Assembly: GCA_009778185.1 (NCBI GenBank)
Contig: WRKG01000296.1
Location: 1 to 47,341, forward strand
DNA length: 47,341 nucleotides
Source of the DNA: Bacillota bacterium
GTDB lineage: Bacteria > Bacillota > Clostridia > Lachnospirales > WQUN01
Direction of reading: 5' to 3'
This document shows positions 24,836-34,528 of the stretch, in pieces; position 1 is the first letter of the stretch, and every line of letters starts with the position of its first letter. Under the pieces are notes generated by a model. The model was not told the DNA's origin. It saw only the letters and a list, made by a program, of their open reading frames with translations, and searched no databases. The translations under genes were made by a program, and so were the position numbers.

Positions 24836-25792
24836 ATGATTTTCCTACAAATTCGCTTAAAAAATACCTGTACCAAAATTTTTTGGATAACCGCTGCGTT
24901 AATTCCAATTATGATTATTGGATTATCGTTGATTTTTGGCTATTCTAGCGGATTAGCTATACAAGTTGGAATTTACGGCAACACAACCATAAACGGCGGC
25001 GATGACATTACCATTATAAATTATGACAACCTAGAAAATTTGCACCGTGATGTTGCCAACCGCCGATTAGAACTAGCTTACGTAATATCTAATGAAAATC
25101 CGCCAACCGTTACCGTTTACACTTCTCCCGTAACTTTAACCGAGCGAGTTGTCAATTTGCTATTAGCGGCAACTTTATTAGAGCCACGTACTGGCGAAGT
25201 CGGCGCGGAATCGTTGCCCTTTGATGCCGATGCCGCCGCTATTCAAGCCCGTGTAAATGAATTTTTGGCGGACGGCGTTTTAATGGAACGCAACGTTATC
25301 AGCATTAACGAAACCGCAACGCCAACCGTGCCATTTAGAAGGCTCTTTCACGGCTTGCTTGCTCTATTTGCACAGCTTACGGCAATGTTATGCGCAACCG
25401 AGTTTACAAAGCAGAAAATAATAGCAAACCGCATAAAAATCATAAGCAACCGCAAATATGTTTCCTATACTTTGGCGGGCTGGCTTGCGATATTTATGTT
25501 GACGGCGACAATTATGTCTACCGCAATTTTGCCTGTTGCCTTGCTATTACCTGGCGTTTGGATTTTTAGTGATTTTTACATATTTACTTTGTATATGCTC
25601 ATTATTAGTGGGTTGACATTGCTGCTTACAAAACTGCCACAAGCGGCATATTCAAGCGTTTTGGTGGTTGGCTTTATTTTTACGGCACTTATGGGCGGAA
25701 TAATTTTTGATTTACGGGAAATGTTACAAGAATTTGCATTTTTGCGGTTGATATTTCCAAGCACTTATTACATGGAGTTGTTAAATTTATGA
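24836..25792 (+). CDS. Polytopic membrane protein, ABC-2-permease-like topology
   Basis: 318 aa. N-terminal TM, about 140-aa loop, then 5 TM. AAGGAG RBS. No ATPase partner adjacent. Confidence 0.5.
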   Translation: MIFLQIRLKNTCTKIFWITAALIPIMIIGLSLIFGYSSGLAIQVGIYGNTTINGGDDITIINYDNLENLHRDVANRRLELAYVISNENPPTVTVYTSPVTLTERVVNLLLAATLLEPRTGEVGAESLPFDADAAAIQARVNEFLADGVLMERNVISINETATPTVPFRRLFHGLLALFAQLTAMLCATEFTKQKIIANRIKIISNRKYVSYTLAGWLAIFMLTATIMSTAILPVALLLPGVWIFSDFYIFTLYMLIISGLTLLLTKLPQAAYSSVLVVGFIFTALMGGIIFDLREMLQEFAFLRLIFPSTYYMELLNL

Positions 25793-26676
25793 GCATTTTT
25801 ATTGCCAACGATTGGCTTGATTACAAAATTTTAGATGCAGGACAAGGCGAAAAGCTAGAAAACTGGGGAAATATCACCACAATAAGACCCGATCCGCAAG
25901 TTATTTGGGAACGCAATAATCCAAAAATATGGCAAAATTATCATATGCACTATCATCGCAGTAAATCGGGCGGTGGTAGCTGGCAAACCGCCAAACAAGC
26001 ACCTTCGCACTGGAAAATTAACTACAATAACTTAACTTTTAGCATAAAACCAACCGATTTCAAGCACATGGGATTATTCCCAGAGCAGGCGAGTAATTGG
26101 AACTGGCTTATGAACACCATAAAATTGCACAAAAAACCTGTTAGGATTCTTAATCTTTTTGGTTATACTGGCGGTGCAACGGTTGCTTGCATTAGTGCAG
26201 GAGCAAAAGTTACTCATGTAGATGCCGCAAAGGGCATGAATCAATGGGCAAAGGAAAACATTCGCCTATCTTCACTGCACGAAATGCCGTATCGCATTTT
26301 TACAGACGATGTTCACAAATTTGTTAAACGAGAACAGCGGCGCGAAAGTTTTTACGAGGGAATTATCCTAGATCCGCCATCGTACGGTCGCGGCCCATCT
26401 GGCGAAATTTGGAAACTGGAAGAGCGTTTATATAATTTAATCGAAAATTGTATTGCTCTTTTGTCGGAAAATCCTCTGTTTGTGCTGTTAAACACTTATA
26501 CAACAGGCTTTACGGCAATCGCCGCTGAAAATGTGCTAAAAATGGCAGTTGCAAAAGCGGGCAAAAAAATCTCGCAAGCCGCCATAAATAGCGGAACTTT
26601 GGCTTTGCCAATCGCAAATAGCAACCTTATTTTGCCTTGCGGCAACTCTGTTCGCTGGACAATACAAAAATCTTAA
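25789..26676 (+). CDS. Class I SAM-dependent methyltransferase (RlmI/YwbD C-terminal-domain type)
   Basis: LNLFGYTGGATVAC (SAM motif I) and ILDPPSYGRG (motif IV). ATGA overlap with the upstream gene. Confidence 0.8.
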   Translation: MSIFIANDWLDYKILDAGQGEKLENWGNITTIRPDPQVIWERNNPKIWQNYHMHYHRSKSGGGSWQTAKQAPSHWKINYNNLTFSIKPTDFKHMGLFPEQASNWNWLMNTIKLHKKPVRILNLFGYTGGATVACISAGAKVTHVDAAKGMNQWAKENIRLSSLHEMPYRIFTDDVHKFVKREQRRESFYEGIILDPPSYGRGPSGEIWKLEERLYNLIENCIALLSENPLFVLLNTYTTGFTAIAAENVLKMAVAKAGKKISQAAINSGTLALPIANSNLILPCGNSVRWTIQKS

Positions 26677-26715
26677 TTACAATATTTTTAACTTTTTTGG
26701 AGGATTTATATAAAT

Positions 26716-27810
26716 ATGAAAATACTTAATATATTCGGCACAAGACCAGAAGCGGTAAAAATGGTGCCTGTAATTCAGGCATTATCGGCGGTTGACGAGG
26801 TTGACAATCTTGTTTGCGTAACGGCGCAACATCGCGAACTTTTGGACGAAGTTTTAACTCCGTTTAATATTGTGCCAAATTACGACCTAAATTTAATGAA
26901 AGAACGGCAAACTTTAACCGAATTAACCGCCGCAGCTTTGGTTGGCATTGGACAAGTTATTCAGCAATCCAAGCCAGATTGGGTTTTGGTTCACGGAGAT
27001 ACTGCAACCACGTTATCGGCATCCTTGGCGGCTTTTTACAACAAAGTTAAAGTTGGACATATCGAGGCTGGCTTGCGTTCCTATGATAAATATCAGCCTT
27101 TTCCCGAGGAAATCAACCGAAAAGTTGCCACAGCTATTGCCGATTACCATTTTGCTCCAACGGAACTTGCGAAAAACCAGTTGATAAACGAAAATATTCC
27201 GCAAAATACTATCTTTGTAACGGGAAACACAGGCATCGATATAATTTCAACCACCGTAAAAACTGGCTATCAATTCCGCAATAAAGATATTCAAAATGTC
27301 AACGGAAAAATTTTGCTAATGACCGCACATCGCCGCGAAAATTGGGGCGAACCTTTAGAAAACATTTGCAAAGCCGTCAAACAGCTTGCTCTCGATTTCC
27401 CCGATATAACGGTCGTTTATCCTGTGCATCCCAATCCAGTTGTAAAGGAAACGGTGTTTTCGATACTAGCAAATTGCACAAATATTATACTAACAGAGCC
27501 ACTAAATATATTCGATATGCACAATTTAATGGCAAAATCTTATTTAGTGTTGACAGATTCGGGCGGCTTGCAAGAAGAAGCTCCCGCCCTTGACAAGCCC
27601 GTTGTCGTTCTGCGCGAAGTTACCGAACGTCCCGAGGGCGAAACCGCTGGAACTCTACTACTTGCTGGCACAAACCAACAAAAAATTTACAACTCCGTCA
27701 AAATTTTATTAACCGACCAAGAAAAATACAACCAAATGTCAACTGCGAAAAACCCGTTCGGCGACGGCAAAGCAGCAAAAAGAATAGTAGAAATCTTGTT
27801 AAAAAAGTAA
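26716..27810 (+). CDS. wecB: UDP-N-acetylglucosamine 2-epimerase (non-hydrolysing)
   Basis: FGTRPEAVKMVPV, HGDTATT, HIEAGLRS, LTDSGGLQEEAP. Confidence 0.95.
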   Translation: MKILNIFGTRPEAVKMVPVIQALSAVDEVDNLVCVTAQHRELLDEVLTPFNIVPNYDLNLMKERQTLTELTAAALVGIGQVIQQSKPDWVLVHGDTATTLSASLAAFYNKVKVGHIEAGLRSYDKYQPFPEEINRKVATAIADYHFAPTELAKNQLINENIPQNTIFVTGNTGIDIISTTVKTGYQFRNKDIQNVNGKILLMTAHRRENWGEPLENICKAVKQLALDFPDITVVYPVHPNPVVKETVFSILANCTNIILTEPLNIFDMHNLMAKSYLVLTDSGGLQEEAPALDKPVVVLREVTERPEGETAGTLLLAGTNQQKIYNSVKILLTDQEKYNQMSTAKNPFGDGKAAKRIVEILLKK

Positions 27811-27839
27811 AAAATTTACAAAAATAGAAAGGTAAAAAA

Positions 27840-28712
27840 ATGATAGCTTTAATTTCGGATATACACGGAAATATTCACGCACTAAATGCGGTTTTGGCGG
27901 ATATGCCAAAAGTTGAGGAAGTTTGGGTTTTGGGCGATCTTGTTGGCGGATTTTCGTTTAACAACGAGGTGCTTGACAGAATCACAAACCTGCAAAATAC
28001 AAAAATTATTATGGGCAACTGGGACGAGTTTTTTTTGCGAATAAACAGCAATCGCAAAGAAAAATATTGGCAAAGTCCGCGGTACGGCACGGTTTCTTAT
28101 TTGGTTGACACCTTGCAGCCGCATAATGCTAAATTTTTAGAAAATATGGCACGAGAAATAATTGTCGAAAGTAAAAATGCGTTGCTATATCACGGCAGCC
28201 CAACGGATATTGAGGGCGTTATTTTATCTCACGAAACGGCACAAGCAACGGTACAAAACCATTCGCAAACCCTGCTTGTCGGCGGGCATAGCCACAAAGC
28301 ACGCTATTTTACAATAAATGGCAAAACGCTCATCGGAATCGGCTCGGTTGGCTTGTCATTTGACGAATTGCCAGGAACTGCCTGTTACACGCTAATTGAT
28401 TTTGATGAAAATTCCCAACTTAAAAATGTGGTTTTTCGGCACGTTGCGTACGATTTAACGGCGGCATTGCTGGCTCTAAAAAATAGCGAATTGCCCGAAC
28501 GCAGTCCATATTTTACAAAATCGTTTGCTTTAACGGCTGTAACGGGGCAAAATTACACAAAAGGAGCGGACGGAATTTGGACTTTTATAGACAATTACGC
28601 CGAAAAACACGGTTACAGTCCCGATAATATCCCAGACGATTTTTGGGAAAACGCCGCAAAACTGTGGAAACCCAACGTAAGCCCATATTTACTAGAAAAA
28701 ATAGGGTGGTAA
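27840..28712 (+). CDS. Metallophosphoesterase family protein
   Basis: ISDIHGN, VLGDLVG, GNWD, GGHSH. Confidence 0.75.
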   Translation: MIALISDIHGNIHALNAVLADMPKVEEVWVLGDLVGGFSFNNEVLDRITNLQNTKIIMGNWDEFFLRINSNRKEKYWQSPRYGTVSYLVDTLQPHNAKFLENMAREIIVESKNALLYHGSPTDIEGVILSHETAQATVQNHSQTLLVGGHSHKARYFTINGKTLIGIGSVGLSFDELPGTACYTLIDFDENSQLKNVVFRHVAYDLTAALLALKNSELPERSPYFTKSFALTAVTGQNYTKGADGIWTFIDNYAEKHGYSPDNIPDDFWENAAKLWKPNVSPYLLEKIGW

Positions 28713-28715
28713 CGT

Positions 28716-29177
28716 ATGATAACATCAGAAATAATTTTAGGAGTTGACGAAACGGCAATCGAATCCCTTAACAAAGCCAAAAAAATTAGATACGCCGTTT
28801 TCTGCGAAGAACAACAAATATCTCAAGCAATCGAAGATGACGGCTTGGATACCGCCGCCGTTCATGTAATAACCAGCATGAACGGCGAACCTGTCGCAAC
28901 GGGCAGGTTATTAGTGGGCGAAGATTTTACCATAAGCCGAGTCGCTGTTTTGCCGCAACATCGCAAATTGGGCTTGGGAGATTTGGTCGTACGTATTTTA
29001 ATACGTGTCGCCTTTGATATGGGCGCAACCGAGCAGATTGTGCATTCCCAGCTATCAGCAAAGCAATTTTACGAAAAACTCAACTTTACGGCAATCGGCG
29101 AACCGTACACCGAAGCGGGAATTTCTCATATAACAATGGTGCATAAAGGCGATGTTTTCGGTAAATGTGCGGAATAA
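28716..29177 (+). CDS. GNAT family N-acetyltransferase
   Basis: 153 aa. VLPQHRKLGLGDLVV acetyl-CoA motif. Confidence 0.8.
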   Translation: MITSEIILGVDETAIESLNKAKKIRYAVFCEEQQISQAIEDDGLDTAAVHVITSMNGEPVATGRLLVGEDFTISRVAVLPQHRKLGLGDLVVRILIRVAFDMGATEQIVHSQLSAKQFYEKLNFTAIGEPYTEAGISHITMVHKGDVFGKCAE

Positions 29178-29197
29178 TTGTTAAATTACATATCGCC

Positions 29198-29241
29198 AAT
29201 TTTTAAGTTGTTCGAATATATACTCGAACAACTTAAAAATT
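29198..29241. repeat. Perfect 18-bp inverted repeat with 8-nt loop
   Basis: AATTTTTAAGTTGTTCGA-atatatac-TCGAACAACTTAAAAATT, just after the GNAT stop. Candidate terminator or island boundary. Confidence 0.8.
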
Positions 29242-29372
29242 TACCGTTTCGAAAATACTAAACTGTTCCCAAAAATGGTTGATGCTTTTTGAAAATGGCA
29301 ACATCTTTGACAAAATCAAAATTAAGCGGTATGTTTAACTCATTCATTACGATTTGAGAGGAGCCAATAATT

Positions 29373-29684
29373 ATGAGCAAAAGTAAGGCAAAGATTTACC
29401 TAGAAAATGATTTAGAAAAAACGAGCAACAAAATAAATAAAAGAGTTAAGTTTGACGACCTGTACGATACATACCCTGGAAAATGGGTATTATTTGTAAA
29501 TTCAGAGTATATAGGCAACAAAAGGGATACTTGCGAAGTTTACGGGGTTTATGATACTGATGATGATGGGTATCTTGCAGCAAGAAACATTAAAGGTGGT
29601 TCTGGGCTATATTATATGGTTAGAGAGGAAGAGGAAATTGGATACAGTTTATCCTCAGTACCCATTGAAGAAGAGTTCGAATGA
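29373..29684 (+). CDS. Small hypothetical protein (YPGKWV motif; DUF5678-like by memory)
   Basis: 103 aa. GAGAGGAG RBS. LYDTYPGKWVLFVNSEYIG... Confidence 0.55.
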   Translation: MSKSKAKIYLENDLEKTSNKINKRVKFDDLYDTYPGKWVLFVNSEYIGNKRDTCEVYGVYDTDDDGYLAARNIKGGSGLYYMVREEEEIGYSLSSVPIEEEFE

Positions 29685-30444
29685 TAGCGTTCTTCTATCT
29701 TTTGACGTTAAAAGCAAGACAACGTTCAAGATAGAATGTAAGTTGTATTCTTCTGACGGCAAAGATTATAAAGAAATCTCATTACTTATCGATACAGGAG
29801 CATCTCAAACAGCTATAGTGCGTAATGTTTTGACAGAATTTGGATATATCAAATTTACTAAAAGCAAGTATGAAAAACAGACTGCTACAGGAAGAAAGAC
29901 GTTCGATATTACTAAAATATCTCAGTTGCACATGATAGGGATATACAAACGAAAGAATTTTGAGGTTGAAGTTTTGGATTGGAAAAAGTATTCGTATCAT
30001 GGAATTATTGGAATGGATATATTATCAAGACTACATTTTCGTTCTGATACTAAACTATTTGAACTACAAAACAAACCTTTTGATTTTCAACCTATTCAAC
30101 TTGCACAAACTTCTCCTCTTATGAAGAGAGGTGTAAAAGGAGTAGCTTTGGAGTTCCCTACACAATATTCTATTGTTACCGAAACCGAATGGGTTGACAA
30201 TATGCTAATTGGCAGTTTACACAGTATACACGACTCTTTAGAGCAAGCTGAAGATGTAATTACAGAGTTAAAAGACAAAGCAGAAAATGTTGTGGTTACT
30301 AATTTAGATAGGGCGACCAAAAACACTGTGTTGTGGTTATTAGAACTCAATCAATTAAAAGAAAAAGATAATAAAGAACAACCACAACCCGAAGAGAACG
30401 AAAAGTTGCCAAAAACTAATTTCGTCACGCAAAAAGAACCGTAA
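29638..30444 (+). CDS. Retropepsin-like (clan AA) aspartic protease with about 150-aa C-terminal extension
   Basis: LLIDTGASQTAI (DTGA active site) and HGIIGMDILSRL. Start tentative: TTG 29638 with AGAGG RBS 9 nt upstream. The ORF-track ATG 29551 has no RBS and overlaps the upstream gene by 134 nt. Confidence 0.6.
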   Translation: MDTVYPQYPLKKSSNDSVLLSFDVKSKTTFKIECKLYSSDGKDYKEISLLIDTGASQTAIVRNVLTEFGYIKFTKSKYEKQTATGRKTFDITKISQLHMIGIYKRKNFEVEVLDWKKYSYHGIIGMDILSRLHFRSDTKLFELQNKPFDFQPIQLAQTSPLMKRGVKGVALEFPTQYSIVTETEWVDNMLIGSLHSIHDSLEQAEDVITELKDKAENVVVTNLDRATKNTVLWLLELNQLKEKDNKEQPQPEENEKLPKTNFVTQKEP

Positions 30445-30493
30445 AAATATAAAACAGAAGATGTTGTAAATACACAAAATTTCCCAATCTCCC

Positions 30494-30856
30494 CTAAAAA
30501 GCATCCTCAATATGGCTTATTTCCAACCGATTACCTATTTCCAAAACTTCGACAACATCAAAACGCATGGCTGGCTCGATGGCTGTTTTTGTGAGCACAA
30601 ATTTCTCCAAATAGTGCATTGCGGTTAATTTAATGCGTTGCTGTTTTTGTGGCGTTACCGATTCGCGCGGTAAACCGTAATTTACGCTCCGCCGATATTT
30701 TACCTCTACAAAAACGAAACAATCGTTATCCTGCATAATAAGGTCAATTTCGCCACCGATAATTTTGAAATTGCTTGCAAGCAATTTCAACCCTTTTTTA
30801 CATAAAAATTCTAGGGCTTTATTTTGTCCGTATTGCCCCAATTTTGTTTTATTCAT
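30494..30856 (-). CDS. yraN: YraN-family (UPF0102) endonuclease-like protein
   Basis: 120 aa. GGEIDLIMQD...FVFVEVKYR. Confidence 0.85.
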   Translation of the reverse strand: MNKTKLGQYGQNKALEFLCKKGLKLLASNFKIIGGEIDLIMQDNDCFVFVEVKYRRSVNYGLPRESVTPQKQQRIKLTAMHYLEKFVLTKTAIEPAMRFDVVEVLEIGNRLEISHIEDAF

Positions 30857-31148
30857 GTTTTTTTTGCGTTTTATCTAATTCGCTGATAAAAATTAAAATT
30901 TGAGCAACTACATCGTATAAATCTGGCGGAATATGCTCGCCTAAATCCATTTTGGTAAGTTCTTCCACCAAACTTGCATCTTGATAAACGGCAATTTCGG
31001 ATTCTTTGGCTTGCTCCAGGATTTTTTCGGCGACCGTGCCTGCACCTTTTGCCATAACTTTTGGAGCGTGCTCATCTGGGTTATATTGCAAAGCAACGGC
31101 TTTTTGGCGAGGTTTTGGAGTTTCTTTTTTGTTATCCATAAAATTCAC
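30849..31148 (-). CDS. FlhB C-terminal-domain-like protein (EscU/YscU family, B. subtilis YlqH-like)
   Basis: 99 aa. AVALQYNPDEHAPKVMAKGAGTVAEKILEQAKESEIAVYQDASLV. Confidence 0.8.
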   Translation of the reverse strand: MNFMDNKKETPKPRQKAVALQYNPDEHAPKVMAKGAGTVAEKILEQAKESEIAVYQDASLVEELTKMDLGEHIPPDLYDVVAQILIFISELDKTQKKHE

Positions 31149-32296
31149 ACTCTCATATCAAAAGTATAGCGTTTATTGCTATTAGTGGCTTGCTGGGAAT
31201 CATCGGCTTTTTCGCAGTTTAGCAAATTTGTTGGGCTTTCGGCACTTTTATAAGATATTTCCGTTACCGCAAAACCTTTTTTTGCCAAATTTGCCGTTAA
31301 TTGCGGACTTTTCGCTTGTATCAAATTTATTGTTTTTTCTTCGCAAGCGAAATTAAATTTTACGTTGCGATTGGTTTTTGTGGTTAAAATTTCAACTCTG
31401 CCTATGTTTTGTGTATCTAAAGCAATAATTGCGGTTGACTGCTCGTTAGATTTAGCTTGATTTTTTTTGTTGCCAAAAATAAATAATTCGGCTTGTCCAG
31501 GTTGCTTTTTGAACGCAAACGGAATCTGATAATAAGCTATTTTTCCGTTTTTTTGGGATTGCTGCTCCATAAATGCCATAAACGCCAAATTTTGCAATAC
31601 TTGAAACGAAATTTTTGGGTTGGCAACGAGATTTTTATAATATTGCTGTAACGATTTTTGCGTTAAATTTTGCAAACTTGACAAATTGAGCAAATCCGAC
31701 AAATAATCGGCATTTTTCGCATTTGTCAACATTTGAGTTAAATGTTGACTTAACACGCCGTTTAACATTTTTATGCTATTTTCGTTTTCGGGAAATTCAT
31801 TTTGCATTAAAAATAGCGTTTTTTGCAAAGTTGCGGCATTTTGATGTTGAAAAAACATAGCTTTTTGCAAAGTTGTTTCGTCCAAAGGTAGGTTGTCATT
31901 TAATATTGCTCTGCCGATGTCCATGTTTTGGTCGGCGGCGATAATTCCCGATTTTTGCAACATTTCCTTTACCAATTTATCTTGGCTGTGCTGCGGAGAA
32001 CTTCGCAACATTTCAAGCTGTATCAAGCCATCGAGATTGTTCGATTTCACTAAAAAATAGCTTTCTTCGCCAATGCGAGCATCGGGCAAAACCATTGTAC
32101 GGGCTGTAAAACTGCTTTCGTCATTTAATTTAATTGTAATTTTCCCAGGTTGAATATCCAAAATTAGCGCCTTAAAACGCGTTCCTGGCGGAAAAGCATA
32201 AAAATTGTTGGTGTTATAAGCATATCCGCCGCCCATTTGCGAAGTTCCCGCCGATTGTGCATTGGATGTGCTTCTTGTAGTTGCTGCTGTTCTCAT
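31145..32296 (-). CDS. Hypothetical protein in the YlqG position (possibly FliK-like)
   Basis: 383 aa. Call rests on the rnhB-ylqG-ylqH synteny known from B. subtilis, not on motifs. Confidence 0.4.
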   Translation of the reverse strand: MRTAATTRSTSNAQSAGTSQMGGGYAYNTNNFYAFPPGTRFKALILDIQPGKITIKLNDESSFTARTMVLPDARIGEESYFLVKSNNLDGLIQLEMLRSSPQHSQDKLVKEMLQKSGIIAADQNMDIGRAILNDNLPLDETTLQKAMFFQHQNAATLQKTLFLMQNEFPENENSIKMLNGVLSQHLTQMLTNAKNADYLSDLLNLSSLQNLTQKSLQQYYKNLVANPKISFQVLQNLAFMAFMEQQSQKNGKIAYYQIPFAFKKQPGQAELFIFGNKKNQAKSNEQSTAIIALDTQNIGRVEILTTKTNRNVKFNFACEEKTINLIQAKSPQLTANLAKKGFAVTEISYKSAESPTNLLNCEKADDSQQATNSNKRYTFDMRV

Positions 32297-32299
32297 TTG

Positions 32300-32929
32300 T
32301 CAAGTCCTTTCTGATTTATTTTCGTTATTTTCCAATATTTTAGTCAAAAAAGTTTGGCGGTGCAAAGGACAAATCCCGTATTTTTTGATTGCGTCAACGT
32401 GTTTTTTTGTGCCGTAACCTTTGTTTTTGTCAAATCCATATTGCGGATATTTTTCGTGGCATTTTTGCATATAGGAATCTCGTGCGGTTTTGGCTATAAT
32501 GCTAGCGGCAGCAATGGAATGGCTCAATTTATCGCCTTTTTTTATAAATTTGTGCGGAATATTTGGTCGCCAAGTTCCTTGCAAGCCGTCAATTAAAATG
32601 TATTGCGGCGGATTTTTCAAATTTGTCAACGCAATGTGCATTGCCTTATAAGTTGCTTGCAAAATGTTGATTTTATCGATTAGCGATTCGTCAACCCAAC
32701 CTACAGAATAATCTATTGCAGCAAGTTTTATTTCTGATGCAAGCAAATCACGTTTTTTTGCAGAAAGTGCTTTGGAATCATTTACGCCAGTAATTTGTAC
32801 ATTTGCTGGCAAAATAACGGCACAAGCCACAACGGGCCCTGCCAACGAACCTCTGCCAACTTCGTCAATGCCAGCAATTTTGCTAATTCCAACGGAATAT
32901 AATTCTCGTTCATATTCTAAAAGATGCAC
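32300..32929 (-). CDS. rnhB: Ribonuclease HII
   Basis: AGIDEVGRGSLAGPVVACAV; 209 aa. Confidence 0.95.
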   Translation of the reverse strand: MHLLEYERELYSVGISKIAGIDEVGRGSLAGPVVACAVILPANVQITGVNDSKALSAKKRDLLASEIKLAAIDYSVGWVDESLIDKINILQATYKAMHIALTNLKNPPQYILIDGLQGTWRPNIPHKFIKKGDKLSHSIAAASIIAKTARDSYMQKCHEKYPQYGFDKNKGYGTKKHVDAIKKYGICPLHRQTFLTKILENNENKSERT

Positions 32930-32953
32930 AAAATACCTCCATCATTTTGCTGT

Positions 32954-33943
32954 TTACAACAAGCGGATTCCCTTTTCCTTGCAAATTTGCTTGGTTTTGT
33001 CATCCCACAAACTTGCTTGCACTTGACCTATATGAATTTTATTCAAAAAGTACATACACAGGCGACTTTGACCTATTCCTCCGCCGATTGTCAAGGGTAA
33101 TTCTCCTGATAACAGCTTGTTGTGATAATCTAATTTTTGGGATTTTAGCTGTCGGTTGAGAGCATTTTTGTCAACTCTAATTCCCATGGAACTTACTTCC
33201 ATTGGCATATTAAGCTGTTCAAACCAAAAAATAATATCGCCGTTAAGTTGCCAATCGTCATAATCGGGTGCGCGCAAATCGTGCGGAGAGCCACTTTGCA
33301 GGGTTTCGCCGATTCCCATAATAAAGACGGCTTTATGCTGTTTTGTAATTTCATGCTCGCGCTGTTTTGGCGTTAAATTGGGATATTTATTTTCCAGGTT
33401 TTGGCTTGAAATAAACGTAATATCGGCGGGTAAAGTGGCGGGCAACCACGGATAACGCCGAACAGCTAAATCTTGTATATGCTTAAACGATTGATAAATT
33501 TTGCGGACGGTATTTTGCAAAAAGTCGATATTGCGGTCTTTTTCCTCGATGATTAGTTCCCAATCCCATTGATCAACGTAGATAGAATGCAGGTTGTCGA
33601 GGGTTTCGTCTTTGCGGATTGCGTTCATGTCGGTGTAAAGTCCTTCGCCTGGCAAAAGCTGATAATCCGCAAGGGCTTGTCGTTTCCATTTTGCCAAAGA
33701 ATGCACAACTTCCACGGTTTTATTGGGAATCTCTTGCGAGGTAAAATTTACGGCTTGCTCAATTCCGTTTAGATTGTCGTTTAATCCTGTGTCAACCGTA
33801 ACAAATAACGGCGCTGTAACTCGCATTAAATTTAGCTCGGACGACAAAAACGCCTCAAAGCTGTCTTTTAGTAGCTTTATTGCAATTTGCGTTTCTTTTA
33901 AGTTCATGTAACTTGTGTAATCTTGTGCTTCAAAAAAGTTCAT
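32954..33943 (-). CDS. asnA: Aspartate--ammonia ligase (asparagine synthetase A)
   Basis: VVHSLAKWKRQ, YVDQWDWE, LRAPDYDDW, SSMGIRVD, TIGGGIGQSRL, HIGQVQA. Confidence 0.95.
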   Translation of the reverse strand: MNFFEAQDYTSYMNLKETQIAIKLLKDSFEAFLSSELNLMRVTAPLFVTVDTGLNDNLNGIEQAVNFTSQEIPNKTVEVVHSLAKWKRQALADYQLLPGEGLYTDMNAIRKDETLDNLHSIYVDQWDWELIIEEKDRNIDFLQNTVRKIYQSFKHIQDLAVRRYPWLPATLPADITFISSQNLENKYPNLTPKQREHEITKQHKAVFIMGIGETLQSGSPHDLRAPDYDDWQLNGDIIFWFEQLNMPMEVSSMGIRVDKNALNRQLKSQKLDYHNKLLSGELPLTIGGGIGQSRLCMYFLNKIHIGQVQASLWDDKTKQICKEKGIRLL

Positions 33944-33985
33944 ATTTTTACCTCTTTAATTTTATGATTTGGCAAAGGCTAAAAT

Positions 33986-34010
33986 GCGGGCGGATAATAT
34001 CCGCCCCTAC
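33986..34010 (-). repeat. REP-like hairpin, left member of an inverted pair
   Basis: GCGGGCGGATAATATCCGCCCCTAC. Confidence 0.8.
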
Positions 34011-34023
34011 GGTTTGGTGGTTT

Positions 34024-34048
34024 GTAGGGGCGGATATTATCCGCCCGT
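34024..34048 (+). repeat. REP-like hairpin, right member of the inverted pair
   Basis: GTAGGGGCGGATATTATCCGCCCGT followed by TTT and a decaying tail (TCCGCAATATTTCACAC...). Confidence 0.8.
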
Positions 34049-34130
34049 TTTCCAAATCCGCAATATTTCACACTTTGCGACAATACACCCATTGTGAATA
34101 AGCGTAATATTTCAAATGCTGATTTACCTC

Positions 34131-34526
34131 TTATAATGTGGAATTTTCCTCTGTTTCCTCTGTTTCTTCTAAAATTATTTGCGGATTTTCCGATTCTTCC
34201 GTGATTTTTGGCAATTCGTTTAACAAATCCTCTAAATATTGAAAATTGCTGTTTTCGTCAGTAATTTGCTCAAAGCCAAACAATTTTGCAGTAACTGCTC
34301 CTGGGAAATTGCTTATGTAGCGATTATATTTGTCCACCGCTTTTTGATAGGCAGTTTGCAACTTTTGTATTTTTTCTGGTTGACTAAAATCGCTGGTTTC
34401 TAGCAGGTTGGTTAATTCTTTCAAAATGCTTTCGGTTTTGCCAAGTTTGGATGTTAAGCTGGTAACCAAAAAGGTGATTCCCAGCGAAACCGCAATTACA
34501 GCCACAAAAAACAATGTGATAGACAT
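34131..34526 (-). CDS. Short LemA-like membrane protein
   Basis: 131 aa. N-terminal TM. AVDKYNRYISNFPGAVTAKLFGFE matches the LemA C-terminal motif. Confidence 0.5.
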   Translation of the reverse strand: MSITLFFVAVIAVSLGITFLVTSLTSKLGKTESILKELTNLLETSDFSQPEKIQKLQTAYQKAVDKYNRYISNFPGAVTAKLFGFEQITDENSNFQYLEDLLNELPKITEESENPQIILEETEETEENSTL

Positions 34527-34528
34527 AA

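Noticed and set aside
29551-29684. Possible programmed frameshift (gag-pro style) fusing the 103-aa ORF to the retropepsin-like ORF, or use of ATG 29551.
   Set aside because: I saw no slippery heptamer or downstream structure in the overlap. ATG 29551 lacks an RBS, while TTG 29638 has an AGAGG 9 nt upstream. Simple translational coupling explains the overlap. The question stays open until the N-terminus is mapped.
33944-34130. T-box or riboswitch leader upstream of asnA.
   Set aside because: The 187-nt spacer is almost fully accounted for by the inverted REP pair and its tail. No T-box sequence (AGGGTGGNACCGCG-like) or specifier-loop architecture was seen.
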